Shown here piece after piece: positions 48,645 to 59,559 of a DNA stretch of 64,000 bases; positions within the stretch are counted from its first letter, which is position 1; each line of letters begins with the position of its first letter. The DNA lies in the IMG/VR virus record IMGVR_UViG_3300028048_000002, positions 64,001 to 128,000 of that record, one strand, 5' to 3'. A program made the position numbers and the translations under genes. The stretch is from a virus. Taxonomy: Duplodnaviria; Caudoviricetes. The notes beneath the pieces are model-generated. The model was not told the DNA's origin. It worked only from the letters and a program-made list of their open reading frames with translations, and ran no database searches.

Positions 48645-49421
48645 CTATCCTTTCAAAGAAAGTACAAGTTTACTTAAAACAGCATGTTCTGAAATAATAT
48701 CCTGTTCTAATGACATTAAAGCTGATAGTATCTTAAAACGATCATTTGGATCTTGCCAGGTAGCAAAAATGACCTGCAAACCTAATTTTACATCTAATTT
48801 AGAGTTATCTGGAAAGTGTCCTAATTGCCAAATAATCTGATCAATAGATTGGGACCAAAATTTTTCAGATGTAAAAGCTTCATAATATTTCAACTTATCT
48901 AAAGACAGAGCCATTACATTTCTAATATCAGATAATGACTTACATGCATCATACACTTCTAAAGTATTTACTAATTCATATTTTCTAGCATCCAAGCTTC
49001 TTGCAAAGACGTTCAAAGATTCTTTATCTGGATGATTTAAATTAACCTGTATAGATCTACTTAAAACTGTAGATGTTAATTTCGAAATGTTGTTACATGT
49101 GATAATAACATATACATTTGGAAGAGGCTCTTCTAAATATTTTAAAATTACTTGAGAAGCAGCCGGTACCCCTTTATCTAAATTCTCTATACATATAACT
49201 TGATTTTCTGATAATTTATAGCTATCAGAAATAAGCTCCTTTAAGTTTGCTACCTTTGGAGCGATGCTATGAAACGTAAAAATATGTAAATATTTGGCAA
49301 ACTCATTAGCTAAATAAGTTTTACCTGATCCTGCAATTCCTGATATAATTATACTATGCCTATCACTATCAGCTAATTTCTTTAATTCTTGTATCGCAGA
49401 ACTTTGATAAGATAGCTTCAC
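48645..49421 (-). CDS. Clamp-loader subunit, HolB/delta-prime-like
   Basis: GIAGSGKT, ILKYLEEP, TVLSRS. Confidence 0.7.
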   Translation of the reverse strand: MKLSYQSSAIQELKKLADSDRHSIIISGIAGSGKTYLANEFAKYLHIFTFHSIAPKVANLKELISDSYKLSENQVICIENLDKGVPAASQVILKYLEEPLPNVYVIITCNNISKLTSTVLSRSIQVNLNHPDKESLNVFARSLDARKYELVNTLEVYDACKSLSDIRNVMALSLDKLKYYEAFTSEKFWSQSIDQIIWQLGHFPDNSKLDVKLGLQVIFATWQDPNDRFKILSALMSLEQDIISEHAVLSKLVLSLKG

Positions 49422-49422
49422 T

Positions 49423-50322
49423 CTACACCAACTTAAATTTTAATAACCCGCATACATAAATTAACGAAGTATACACAGAATATGAAGAATTCATCCTTAA
49501 CTGTTCAAGTTGATTATATGCTATATCAAACATCGTTACCAAACTTTGAAAGCTCCATAAAGAAGCAAAAGGTTTGGCATACGAATCAGATCTAGGGTTT
49601 TCTATAAATTTAATCATATCTAAGTATGCGCTAAAAATATCATAATATAGCTGACTTAAATCACCTTCAAACGAATCAATGAACTTCACACATAAATCAA
49701 AATCTCTAGAAAGTATAGCTTGCTTAAATTCTTGCTTATCATAATTATACTTATATCCAAATAATGATTCAATTTCATGAGCACTTAATGAATGCACAAT
49801 ATTAGAAGGCAAATACGAAAGTAGATTACATATCAATTTTGATTTATAATAATCTTCACTGATACGAATAACAGTATCTATATGCATTTCAGATAACATA
49901 GGGAATTGAACAACTAAATGCTTTTTTATAACTTTATCAGATAAAGCATTTACTCTAACAGTATTTTCAGGAAAATACGTATCTAACTTACGCTCAGATT
50001 TATCATCATAATAAATCCCTACTACTGTTCCCAAAAATTTAGCTTTAAACAAATCTCTAGCTAAAGTACCAGATAAATTAGATATAAATGCGGAATCATA
50101 CCGTATAAGATGAAGTTGTTTAGATTTAGGTATAAGAGATTTTTGCTTAACGCTACTTAACAATTCAGAAAAACTTGTATACTCACAATATTTATTTTCA
50201 TATATTTCTATTAATTTAGAAATATATTCAATTTTTACCCCATATTCAGGACCCGTAAAAAAATAGATAGAATCAGGACATCCTGAGTAAATGCTTTTAG
50301 CACAAGCTTGAATGGTTTGCAT
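49423..50322 (-). CDS. Clamp-loader subunit, HolA/delta-like
   Basis: IYFFTGPEYG N-terminus, QKSL motif, size and context. Confidence 0.55.
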   Translation of the reverse strand: MQTIQACAKSIYSGCPDSIYFFTGPEYGVKIEYISKLIEIYENKYCEYTSFSELLSSVKQKSLIPKSKQLHLIRYDSAFISNLSGTLARDLFKAKFLGTVVGIYYDDKSERKLDTYFPENTVRVNALSDKVIKKHLVVQFPMLSEMHIDTVIRISEDYYKSKLICNLLSYLPSNIVHSLSAHEIESLFGYKYNYDKQEFKQAILSRDFDLCVKFIDSFEGDLSQLYYDIFSAYLDMIKFIENPRSDSYAKPFASLWSFQSLVTMFDIAYNQLEQLRMNSSYSVYTSLIYVCGLLKFKLV

Positions 50323-50786
50323 TATTCTAATCCAATATATTGCTTAAATTCCATAACATTCAATATCATGAACAACTGTTCATATCTTTGAAATATTAAC
50401 ACTTTATCAAAAGACTCTAGAGAAAAAGAAATAGAGCTTTTTGAAGAATAATCAGGAATATTTGAAATATCTGATTCAATCAATACAGGAGATTTAAACA
50501 TAACATATGTATTCTGTAACTTTTTAGATCCATCATCAACAAATAATACAGGTTCTTTAAATTGAGAAATTGCTTCTTGATCTATCTTATCCCACACATT
50601 AAAGTAAAAACAGATTTTATGATTAGGTTCTATGTGAGTTTTGCATTCGCCCAACCAGCTATCCGATTTAACATCTCCCGGATACAACGGTCTACATCCA
50701 CTTCCGGATATTACTGTCCATCCTAAAAAATCAGCTATTAAAGTTTCTTGTAATTTTGAATGGTGTTTATAATTATCTGAAATCAT
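50322..50786 (-). CDS. Holliday junction resolvase-like PD-(D/E)xK nuclease
   Basis: SGSG..PGDV..WLGECKT. Confidence 0.65.
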   Translation of the reverse strand: MISDNYKHHSKLQETLIADFLGWTVISGSGCRPLYPGDVKSDSWLGECKTHIEPNHKICFYFNVWDKIDQEAISQFKEPVLFVDDGSKKLQNTYVMFKSPVLIESDISNIPDYSSKSSISFSLESFDKVLIFQRYEQLFMILNVMEFKQYIGLE

Positions 50787-50791
50787 TATAT

Positions 50792-51916
50792 TTATCCATT
50801 TATATCTGATTCAATGAAATCTTTCAAACTATTGAAATACACAGGATGTGTTTCAAGATATTCATAAACACGAGGAAGTCCATTTATTTTAACAAGCTTC
50901 CCATCTTCTTCTAATATTTCGCCAGTTTCAGGAGATATCAAACTGAACCATGCTCCAGCTTTCCTAATTAACCCATATTTCTTTATAGCTAACTGCGCAT
51001 AGTCCATTTCCGGTTTGATACCTGATTGACTTAGTAAATAATACGAAGCATTTTTACGATCATTAGGAGCACTCTTCTGCTTCAGCAATCTAACTTTAAT
51101 TAGATATCCTGCAGGATCTTCCGTTTTCTGTGGAAGTTCATTCCCTACAATGTCAATTGGATTACCTAAGCTAAATAGCATGCGAAGTGAGCTATAAAAC
51201 TTGATAGCTTGTCCCCCAGGGGTTTGTATCACATAAGGATTATCCATATTATCTCGTATCTGATTAATCATCAGAAGAGTTGTATGATACCTAGTTAGTA
51301 GCGGAACTATTTTTCTACAAAATATAGTCATCAACCCTGCAAGACTAGCAACAGTGCGTTCGCCAAATTTTTTCTCTAATTCAGCTTTGGGTACTAAAGA
51401 AGGGATAGAATCTAAAACAATAAGGCCTACTTCGTTAGTCTCAATCATCTCTTGGACCATCTGAAGTATATCCTCAGCAGGAACATCTGGTGGTTGCATA
51501 ATACTAATATCAGAATTAACAATTCCTAATGTTTCAGCCCAAGCCATATCAAAAGAATGCTCAAGATCAATATATAAAACTTTTCTAGGACCTGCTTCTT
51601 CTAATTCAGCTAATTCGTACTTAGCTTCCTTAGTCTCGCAATGAGCTCTAAGTTCTTCACATCGATCTTCCCATTCTTGCTTAAATATATTTAATGAATT
51701 CTTACATAAGTCAATACTTGTACTGCTTTTTCCTCCCCCAGGAGCTCCACAGAATTCTGTAATCTTATCTCTAGGTATTCCTCCATATGTAGCAAAATTC
51801 ATAAGAGGTGAGCTAAATGGGAGTTTTTTACCACGAGAAGCATTAGCTCCGTCCATGAGGCCTGGTGCATTCCAAGCTTTCTTCTTTTGTTTAATTATAT
51901 CATCAAATGAAGACAT
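50792..51916 (-). CDS. recA: RecA-like recombinase
   Basis: GGIPRDKITE.CGAPGGGKS, YIDLEH, VLDSIPSL, INQIR, TPGGQAIKFYSS, KAGAWF. Confidence 0.9.
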   Translation of the reverse strand: MSSFDDIIKQKKKAWNAPGLMDGANASRGKKLPFSSPLMNFATYGGIPRDKITEFCGAPGGGKSSTSIDLCKNSLNIFKQEWEDRCEELRAHCETKEAKYELAELEEAGPRKVLYIDLEHSFDMAWAETLGIVNSDISIMQPPDVPAEDILQMVQEMIETNEVGLIVLDSIPSLVPKAELEKKFGERTVASLAGLMTIFCRKIVPLLTRYHTTLLMINQIRDNMDNPYVIQTPGGQAIKFYSSLRMLFSLGNPIDIVGNELPQKTEDPAGYLIKVRLLKQKSAPNDRKNASYYLLSQSGIKPEMDYAQLAIKKYGLIRKAGAWFSLISPETGEILEEDGKLVKINGLPRVYEYLETHPVYFNSLKDFIESDING

Positions 51917-52461
51917 TATTTAATATACTCCTTATGCGATATACTATCATAATCAGGTAAGTCAGTTACAGATTCTCCAGATGTACCTACAAGTTCTGAT
52001 TGCTTTCTTGAAGTCCAAATTTTCTTAGCACTCATAATCAATTCTTTTGAAAGCGAAATTTCCGATTCTACTCTATTTATAACGACCGTATAAGCTTTAA
52101 TCAACAATTCATCATCTAAGGTAGCCGATTCTGCTTCTTCTTTTTTCTTAACTTGCGAAGTTGCTGCACTATTTTGAATTATATCCGACTTGGCTTTCTT
52201 TACTTCAATCTTTATTGCTTCCAAGGATATTTTAAAATTGTTCAAAACTTCAGAAACTTCGAACAATTTAAGAGGTAAATATACTAATATCTGCTCCAAT
52301 TCAGCATCTGTGATTGCTCTATATTTTGAACCCATTCTTTCAATTAATTCATGAACATCTTCAAAATACCAGCTAAAATTCTTTTTATAAGTTTCTGTAA
52401 GCCACGACTCTACATCTTCTCTATAGGATTCATATTTAAGATCAAGTTCTGTTAAAGCCAT
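51916..52461 (-). CDS. Helical hypothetical protein (possible recombination mediator)
   Basis: Coiled-coil protein coupled to recA. Confidence 0.45.
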   Translation of the reverse strand: MALTELDLKYESYREDVESWLTETYKKNFSWYFEDVHELIERMGSKYRAITDAELEQILVYLPLKLFEVSEVLNNFKISLEAIKIEVKKAKSDIIQNSAATSQVKKKEEAESATLDDELLIKAYTVVINRVESEISLSKELIMSAKKIWTSRKQSELVGTSGESVTDLPDYDSISHKEYIK

Positions 52462-52462
52462 G

Positions 52463-54307
52463 CTACCTCCGTTGGCATAAATACGATAACGCTACTTCTT
52501 CCATATATTCAGTCTTAGAAATTTTTGAAATCAATTCAATCAAAACTTGCGATAGAGATAAACATATTTGAGCATGCTTTTCAGTATAATTAGAAATCTT
52601 ATCTTTGTAATAACTAGGTATCATAGTTCTATTTATATCATGTAAAAATACATACTTAGCGATATTAATTACAAATGATTGAAATCCTTCAAACCACTGA
52701 ACAAAATTTATACCTGAATTATATACTTTTGAAATAATCAGCATAATTGCTGAATTATCTTTTTTGGCGTAAGCATTTAACAAGCTAAAATAATCATCAT
52801 ATTCTGGTATATTTAAAGAATACTTTAACGTTTCTTGAGTGATATTAGTGTCATAAATTAATGCTTTATCTAAAAGCGTAAGAGCATCTCTCATTCCACC
52901 TTTAGCTAATTTCGCCAAGAAACTAATAGCATCATCTTCATATGTTATATTTCTACCTTCAAGATTTTCTTGTTCAATAACATACTTTAATCTAGATTCT
53001 ATTCCTTCTAAACTGATATTTGACAATTGAAATACTTGAACTCTAGATATAATAGTTGCAGGAATTTTTTCAGGGTTTGTAGTTAATAAAACAAACACAG
53101 TTTTTGCAGGCTGTTCTTCTAAAACTTTGAGCATAGCTTGCCACGATTGAGAACTTAATACATGAACCTCATCTAGAATAAAAACTTTGTATTTACATCC
53201 AATTGGATATTGCTGTGCTTGCTGCACAATATTTCTGATAGCTTCTACCCCATTATTAGAAGCTGCATCAACTTCAATAGGTTCACCTACACCTTCATTT
53301 AGCATGTTAGCTATAATACGGCCTGACGTAGTATTATGTGTAGGTGTAAATCCATCAGAAATATACGTATGATCATCATGATCAATCTTGATACATTGGC
53401 AATTTTGCTTACCAATATAGGTTATAGATGTAATTTCTTTAATGAGATAATCTAAATTAACATCCTCAACTTTAGGATAAAATAGTTTATTATAAATATA
53501 ATCAGTTAAAGAAATTACATGTCTGGTTATATTTATTTCTCTGTTGTTTTCAAACCACTTGGATTCAAATATTTGATCTATACAACCTAACGAACGTATA
53601 AAAAAGCTTAAATTATCAGAAATTTCTTTATCATACGAAGGAACATTTAACAATAAAGTATATGAAGGTCTCATATCGGGAATAGTTAAATCAAGAAGTT
53701 TTCGAAAAAATTCAACTCTCTTTTCAATAGAATTATAAAAATAATCTCGCTCAAATGTCCTCAAAATTGTAAGAACTTGATTTAAATCTAGATCCAAATT
53801 AAGAGAGGTTTCTTTCCAATTTACTAATGGGCATTTAACATAAAACTTAGCAGATCTATATCCTGTATCAACATCTAAAGCTGCATTATATAAATTGATT
53901 AAATCTGAAGTAACAATACTTAAACTAGCTGGTCCAGATTCGTAAACAGCAATAATTTCATTTATGTGTTCATCAGAAACTTCTATGAAAGTACCATCTG
54001 AAAATGTTATTTGAAATGTGTCTAAATATCCTTGAGGATATATTCCAGATATTTCGCCTATATTTCCATTTGCTGTAAATACTTTAATACCTTCCTTGGT
54101 ATCTCTCATAGGAATAAACCCATCACAAGTAAGCACTAAACTGTGTAAAGGTTGTGCTTTTCCAGTACCTCGGGGACCTACAAGTAAAAAATTCCTATTT
54201 GGCAAATTTTCTTGTTTACACATAGATTCTAAAATTGTAACTACATTTGTCTGCTCCGTTAACTCTGAAAATGATTTAGGCCGATATTTAAGAGCAAGAT
54301 TATCCAT
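52463..54307 (-). CDS. dnaX: Clamp-loader ATPase, DnaX (gamma/tau)-like, intein-containing
   Basis: LALKYRPKSF, GPRGTGK/TT, EVDAASNNGV, ILDEVH, GGMRDAL. Confidence 0.85.
   Translation of the reverse strand: MDNLALKYRPKSFSELTEQTNVVTILESMCKQENLPNRNFLLVGPRGTGKAQPLHSLVLTCDGFIPMRDTKEGIKVFTANGNIGEISGIYPQGYLDTFQITFSDGTFIEVSDEHINEIIAVYESGPASLSIVTSDLINLYNAALDVDTGYRSAKFYVKCPLVNWKETSLNLDLDLNQVLTILRTFERDYFYNSIEKRVEFFRKLLDLTIPDMRPSYTLLLNVPSYDKEISDNLSFFIRSLGCIDQIFESKWFENNREINITRHVISLTDYIYNKLFYPKVEDVNLDYLIKEITSITYIGKQNCQCIKIDHDDHTYISDGFTPTHNTTSGRIIANMLNEGVGEPIEVDAASNNGVEAIRNIVQQAQQYPIGCKYKVFILDEVHVLSSQSWQAMLKVLEEQPAKTVFVLLTTNPEKIPATIISRVQVFQLSNISLEGIESRLKYVIEQENLEGRNITYEDDAISFLAKLAKGGMRDALTLLDKALIYDTNITQETLKYSLNIPEYDDYFSLLNAYAKKDNSAIMLIISKVYNSGINFVQWFEGFQSFVINIAKYVFLHDINRTMIPSYYKDKISNYTEKHAQICLSLSQVLIELISKISKTEYMEEVALSYLCQRR
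53333..54157 (-). mobile_element. Intein (275 aa) in the DnaX Walker A motif, Ala-initiated
   Basis: GTGK|AQPLHSLVLT...CQCIKID..FTPTHN|TT. Confidence 0.85.
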
Positions 54308-54311
54308 TAAT

Positions 54312-55100
54312 TTATCCCCACTGCTTACAAGTAGATTTATAGTTGCAATATTTACACCAATAATCACCTTTATCTAGTCGTTTTGGTGCAATATTATTTT
54401 TAACACAATCCATTACATAATACATTCGCTGAAAAATTTCATTCATCTCATAATCTGTTACAGTAATTTCATAGCACTTTAAATCACCATAAAGCCGATC
54501 TTGATATAACACTAAAGCTTTGTGCAAATTTAATAACGAACAATAACATTTAATTTGATCTATATGCTGCGGTTTAGGCTCTTTTAACACTTTAAAGGAT
54601 TGATATTCCGAAGTTTTAATTTCTAGTAAATAAAATTCACCTGCAATCTTAAGTATCCCATCACAAGAAAACTTTACAGGTGGATTAAAAAATTCAATTT
54701 GTGTTTCTAGTTCTCCAGAATTTCTTATGGTATAATCATAGGGTTCTACAGGTGGTTTATGAACTACTGTTAGAAACGTAGCAACATCTACCCATTGATC
54801 TCCAATAGCTTCTTTAAGGTTTCTTTGAATTTCTTGGTGACAAGCTGTTCCGAGCATCGCAGAAAACTCTAAACTGAAATCTATTGAAGGATTAGCATCT
54901 GGTTGAATACCTCGTAATCTAAAAAAAGAAAGTCTATCACACCTAAAAGATGAAGGAGCAAAAGTTTTTGAATGTATATGATGTTCTTGTAAACTATATC
55001 TATCTTGAAGTATATTTTTGTATAAATCAATGAAATTAGAACTTACAGTAGAATTAAATTTCACACCGTTATTTATAGGTTCAATAGGCTTAAATCCCAT
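54312..55100 (-). CDS. Cas4-like PD-(D/E)xK exonuclease
   Basis: PSSFRC, GTACH, CDGIL..LEIKT, HIDQ..Y, CKYCNYKSTC. Confidence 0.75.
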   Translation of the reverse strand: MGFKPIEPINNGVKFNSTVSSNFIDLYKNILQDRYSLQEHHIHSKTFAPSSFRCDRLSFFRLRGIQPDANPSIDFSLEFSAMLGTACHQEIQRNLKEAIGDQWVDVATFLTVVHKPPVEPYDYTIRNSGELETQIEFFNPPVKFSCDGILKIAGEFYLLEIKTSEYQSFKVLKEPKPQHIDQIKCYCSLLNLHKALVLYQDRLYGDLKCYEITVTDYEMNEIFQRMYYVMDCVKNNIAPKRLDKGDYWCKYCNYKSTCKQWG

Positions 55101-55112
55101 AAAATCAGCCTC

Positions 55113-56213
55113 TTAAGACTCAACACCTGCTAGCATAGCTTCCATATTGTCAGTCCACATAATAATACCTACAGCTTCATCATTTTGAATCAAAGGACAT
55201 AATGCAACTTCTGATTCATCCATATGAGAAATTAGATCTTTGAGCAAAGAAATTTTAAATACGATGGTGAAATCTTCAAAAGGATTATCAATATTCACAG
55301 CACAATTTACATTGTCATTGTAAAGCAGGAAAGTAGAATCTTTTGCAGATATGCTAATTGTATCATCTGCTGAAGATGTAAACAGTTCAGCCTGGTTGAT
55401 ATACTTAGAGATTACATCGAGATTAATTGCTATATATTCTTCAGATTTTGCAAAAAGATCTAAAATGATAGATGAACTGTAATCACCTACACCTGCATCT
55501 TCTTCATACTTCGGCATGAACTCACAGATATAAGTATATGGATCAGTATCTACAACAAGTTCATATGATTTACCGAGATTTATGATTTTAGAATCTTCAG
55601 GAACTGTAGTTAAAAGATTTACTACGGTATCTGTAAGTAAACAGGTGCTGTCAAGCTGTGCTTGGTTGGAATGCGTAAAGATGCTATTATCAAAATCACC
55701 TACAAGGACATTTCCATCACTACTTACCCAAACATTGGTGTATACGGGATGAATAAATGACATCGCAATCGCATACATCTGCTGATTTTTAATAAAATTC
55801 CAGCCAGCCGCATCAATTTCTTTCCTATAGTCAGAAGCCTCTGAAGGTGTAGGCCTTGATAATTCCATATCACTATCCGCAACTTGAGGTAAAGTAAATT
55901 TAGAAGTATTAGAATAAATCACCAATCCATTTTCATTAATTTCAAATTCAACCAAATCACTGTCAAGTGTTTTCATCAAATTTTTAAATAAAATGCTATC
56001 AACGAAAGTATGATATTCACCCTCATCTGAACTTTGACCCTTTACTAGAAGTTCAGATTTAATAGAAGAGGCTTCAGTATTTATACGTAATAAATTTTCT
56101 TGGATAGTTAATTCTACAATACAACTTTTTTGATAAAATTTTGTAATGTTTGAAGAAATAATACTTAAATCTAAACCTTCTAAAATAGGTTGGGTATTAG
56201 CTTTAAACTTCAT
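55113..56213 (-). CDS. Sliding clamp, DnaN (beta)-like
   Basis: 366-aa acidic protein with beta-clamp-like periodicity between PolA and the clamp loader. Confidence 0.6.
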   Translation of the reverse strand: MKFKANTQPILEGLDLSIISSNITKFYQKSCIVELTIQENLLRINTEASSIKSELLVKGQSSDEGEYHTFVDSILFKNLMKTLDSDLVEFEINENGLVIYSNTSKFTLPQVADSDMELSRPTPSEASDYRKEIDAAGWNFIKNQQMYAIAMSFIHPVYTNVWVSSDGNVLVGDFDNSIFTHSNQAQLDSTCLLTDTVVNLLTTVPEDSKIINLGKSYELVVDTDPYTYICEFMPKYEEDAGVGDYSSSIILDLFAKSEEYIAINLDVISKYINQAELFTSSADDTISISAKDSTFLLYNDNVNCAVNIDNPFEDFTIVFKISLLKDLISHMDESEVALCPLIQNDEAVGIIMWTDNMEAMLAGVES

Positions 56214-56223
56214 TTAATTCCTC

Positions 56224-59200
56224 CTAAATATTTCCTTGTTCAACTCTAGCCTCTATGTTATCAATAAATGAATCTTTAGCTACATGATAACGATGACAAT
56301 AATCATCTATAGCACTAAGCAATTCAGGTGAAGATAAACCTGAAACTCCATGAGCAGCATCACCTATAGGTTTATTACCATTTTCATCTTTAAACACAGG
56401 CAAATCATAACCCATCTCAACAAGATGCCACTGTATCCAACTACAGGCATTTTCATCATCTAAATTAATAAATTGAGGTTTCGAAAATTTACAAGGTAAT
56501 TCTAAGCCATACCATCTATATGAAGCAGTAACATCGCATTTAATAGGAAATGGCAAGAACGAACCTGCTTGCTCCATATCCTCCTTTAAAACCTGTGCAC
56601 CCTGCTCCCATTGATCTGCAGGAACTTGCGCCACAATTTCATCATGAACAACTGTAAGGACTTCACCTCCGATATCTTGCCATCTAGTATCATTCATAAC
56701 ATTAATAAGAGCTATTTTAGTAAAATCAGCAGCAGATCCTTGAATAATAGAATTACCTGTTATATAATACTTTCCGTTTCTTCGTGCAATCCAGGTCCCT
56801 TTTTCTGTGGTAGGACACCAAACTGTATCTACATATTCTTCAGATTTATCCATTAAATCAATTCTAGCTGTTTGATTAAGAACTTTTTTAGAAGCAGTAA
56901 CTTTCCAGAATTTCTTATCAGGTTTCTTTTTATATGTCTTTATTTCTTCTCGTTTATTACTGACTTCTCCACACATTAAGCAGATAAGTTGAAACTTATC
57001 TGCAATCTCTTCAGATTCAAAAGAAATACAACCACCTTTTGCATAATTATCACGACAATATGAAAAAATGCAATTTGCAGAATAAGGACCTAATGCCATG
57101 ATGTCTGAAATACTAATATCATTTTTAAACAGCTTAACTGCAAAATTTTCAACATCAATAGTTTGATTTTCGTTGATATGCTGTAAAGCTAAACGCAAAA
57201 TATGATATCTAGGTCTGTGAAATCTTAAAATATGCTCAGTTTCATAAATTCGTACATTATTGGTGTCGAAATTACGCATCACCCATCGATGATTTTCTGT
57301 ACAAACAGCATCAAAAGAAGTGGTTGAAAGATGCCATACTTTGATATCTCGAGAATCATGTTTTTCTATATTTATAGCTTTAATATGATCTAAAACTAAT
57401 TCATTTGAATCTAAAGAATATGAAAGAATTTCTTCACCTTCAGCTAATTCATCATAATGCTTCCAACCCTGCGTTGTGAGAATTTCAGTTTGAACATCAA
57501 CACAATTTACGCATTGTCTTTTAGCATCATTAATTTTTGGACGATTATTTATCACTTTAATTGATTCCTTTTCGTACAACTCTTTCATACGCTTAGCAAT
57601 TTGACCAAAATATTTATATTTACTAAACTCTTTTCGAAGCTCAGATAAACGATATTCAGGTATTCCAGATTCTCCATTTAAAGTATTTAAGTCTAACGGA
57701 TCAATTTCAGGATTTACATACCCAGCAAGCGGCGTAAATTCAAATTCATCAAGCATCATATCTGGAAGATGTCTGCGACGTCCTAAGATAGTTTCCGTAT
57801 ATCCGTACTTTCTTGCAAAAGCTTGAGATTGTATCATCAAACGTTCTAATTCAGGAAATGCTCGCATAACAGAATCATATACTCGCTGGGCTTCTGTAGT
57901 TTTTTCCTCATCCGTCATATCATCTCTATGATTATATAACTGCTGACCTATAGAAGGAACAGATCTGCCATAAGTAATTCCTAACACAATTGTTTTTGCT
58001 TCATTTCTTCTTGCTTTTCCTTCAGGTTGATATTCACCCGTCTCTGGATTAAACTCTAAACATTCTTCATAAGCTTTTTTAAATGCAATACTTGCAATAG
58101 TAGCATATATATCTCTACCATTTTTAAAAGCATCAATCATTGAAGCAGCATTAGCTACAAACGCAGTAAGTTTAGGCTCTTGCTGAGAAAAGTCACTTCC
58201 AATCATGATTTTTCCCGGATCTGCCCTAAACATTTGCCGAATATCACCTAGTTTTGCAGGAATATTCATAAGATTAGGATCTGAAGATGACATTCGGCCC
58301 GTTCCGGCGCCAATTTGTCTAAAATTCGCATGAATCTTTCCATCGTGACTTACAGCTTCAGGTAATTTATCTACAAATGTGCTTATATTTGTTGCTAAAC
58401 TTCTTACCTCTACAATTTTATCAGTAATAGGTTTATTAAAATCTTTAAGTATTTCAACCCCAGTTGATTCTTTTCCTTGAGGCTTAGGTAGCTGCAATAG
58501 CTCATAACATAGGAATTTTACATGCAAAGGAGATCTAGGATTAAAATCAGCTCCAGAGGAAAAAGGAGCTTTTTTAGTTGAAATATGCACATTATTATCT
58601 AATACATCCTGAACCATAGTTCTGAGTTCAAGCATTTCTTTATCGTAAATTTCATGATACTTTACCTGCAATCTTGAAGCACGATCTTGATCAATATACA
58701 TTCCCGTACGTTCGATAGATTGAATTATTGAAATAAGAGGAAATTCAACTTGCCAAATTAACTCAGAAATATTTTCTAGATGATTTCTTTTACATTTTTC
58801 ATTATTTTTAAGTGTATATGGAAGCTGCCATACAAATAATTCATACGTGATTTTAGCATCATTGGCAGCATACAATTTTGCAATTTCCGGTTTACAATAA
58901 GGGAACAAAGAAGGAGAAAAGAAATCAGAAAATCTTTTAGGATCTCCTTCCCCTTTCAATACATATTTATTGTAAAGTTCTTTTAACCCATTATGTAATT
59001 CATTTTCCTTTAAGCATCTCCAAGCTAAAATTACATCATAGTAACAAGACGGACATAAATCAACCTTTAAATCTTTCCAAATCATATATAAGTCAAAATT
59101 CGCATTAGCAAAGATCAATTTAGTATTAGCATCAACAAATCTTTGGAGCTCTTTACCTACAGTATTATAATCAAGTTGATTTTTATATTCATCTTCAAAG

Positions 59201-59544
59201 ATAGGAATTCGATGCTTCATAGGAATGTAGCACTCAACCCCGTCAGGATAATACAACGAAGCACCTACAATATAATCTTGATTTCTATCAAGACCAGTTG
59301 TCTCAGTGTCTATCCCTACATAGCCACAAGAGATAGCAGCAGTTACATATTCATGCAACTGCTGCTCAGATTCAATTAGTATAGCAAGACTATCACTAAA
59401 ATACTCTTGTACAGCTTTAGAAGAGGAATTTAACTCATCATTAATAGAAGATACTTTTTTTGGAGATTTGGGAGCTTGTACAGCTTTACTCTTCTTAGCT
59501 ATATCGTTAATTTTGTCAATTTGAGAAGTACTGAATAGCCCCAT
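56224..59544 (-). CDS. polA: Family A DNA polymerase with 3'-5' exonuclease and intein
   Basis: IDTETTG, TGRMSSSDPNL, DFSQQEPK, RNEAKTIVLGITYG, IQGSAAD, VHDE. Confidence 0.9.
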   Translation of the reverse strand: MGLFSTSQIDKINDIAKKSKAVQAPKSPKKVSSINDELNSSSKAVQEYFSDSLAILIESEQQLHEYVTAAISCGYVGIDTETTGLDRNQDYIVGASLYYPDGVECYIPMKHRIPIFEDEYKNQLDYNTVGKELQRFVDANTKLIFANANFDLYMIWKDLKVDLCPSCYYDVILAWRCLKENELHNGLKELYNKYVLKGEGDPKRFSDFFSPSLFPYCKPEIAKLYAANDAKITYELFVWQLPYTLKNNEKCKRNHLENISELIWQVEFPLISIIQSIERTGMYIDQDRASRLQVKYHEIYDKEMLELRTMVQDVLDNNVHISTKKAPFSSGADFNPRSPLHVKFLCYELLQLPKPQGKESTGVEILKDFNKPITDKIVEVRSLATNISTFVDKLPEAVSHDGKIHANFRQIGAGTGRMSSSDPNLMNIPAKLGDIRQMFRADPGKIMIGSDFSQQEPKLTAFVANAASMIDAFKNGRDIYATIASIAFKKAYEECLEFNPETGEYQPEGKARRNEAKTIVLGITYGRSVPSIGQQLYNHRDDMTDEEKTTEAQRVYDSVMRAFPELERLMIQSQAFARKYGYTETILGRRRHLPDMMLDEFEFTPLAGYVNPEIDPLDLNTLNGESGIPEYRLSELRKEFSKYKYFGQIAKRMKELYEKESIKVINNRPKINDAKRQCVNCVDVQTEILTTQGWKHYDELAEGEEILSYSLDSNELVLDHIKAINIEKHDSRDIKVWHLSTTSFDAVCTENHRWVMRNFDTNNVRIYETEHILRFHRPRYHILRLALQHINENQTIDVENFAVKLFKNDISISDIMALGPYSANCIFSYCRDNYAKGGCISFESEEIADKFQLICLMCGEVSNKREEIKTYKKKPDKKFWKVTASKKVLNQTARIDLMDKSEEYVDTVWCPTTEKGTWIARRNGKYYITGNSIIQGSAADFTKIALINVMNDTRWQDIGGEVLTVVHDEIVAQVPADQWEQGAQVLKEDMEQAGSFLPFPIKCDVTASYRWYGLELPCKFSKPQFINLDDENACSWIQWHLVEMGYDLPVFKDENGNKPIGDAAHGVSGLSSPELLSAIDDYCHRYHVAKDSFIDNIEARVEQGNI
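56752..57504 (-). mobile_element. Intein (251 aa) in PolA
   Basis: QCVN|CVDVQTEILTTQGWK..CTENHRW..VWCPTT..ITGN|SIIQG. Confidence 0.85.
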
Positions 59545-59559
59545 AACGTTTAACCCCGC

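Noticed and set aside
54312-55100. Cas4-like gene as evidence of a CRISPR-Cas system
   Set aside because: Stand-alone in a replication operon with no array or cas1/cas2
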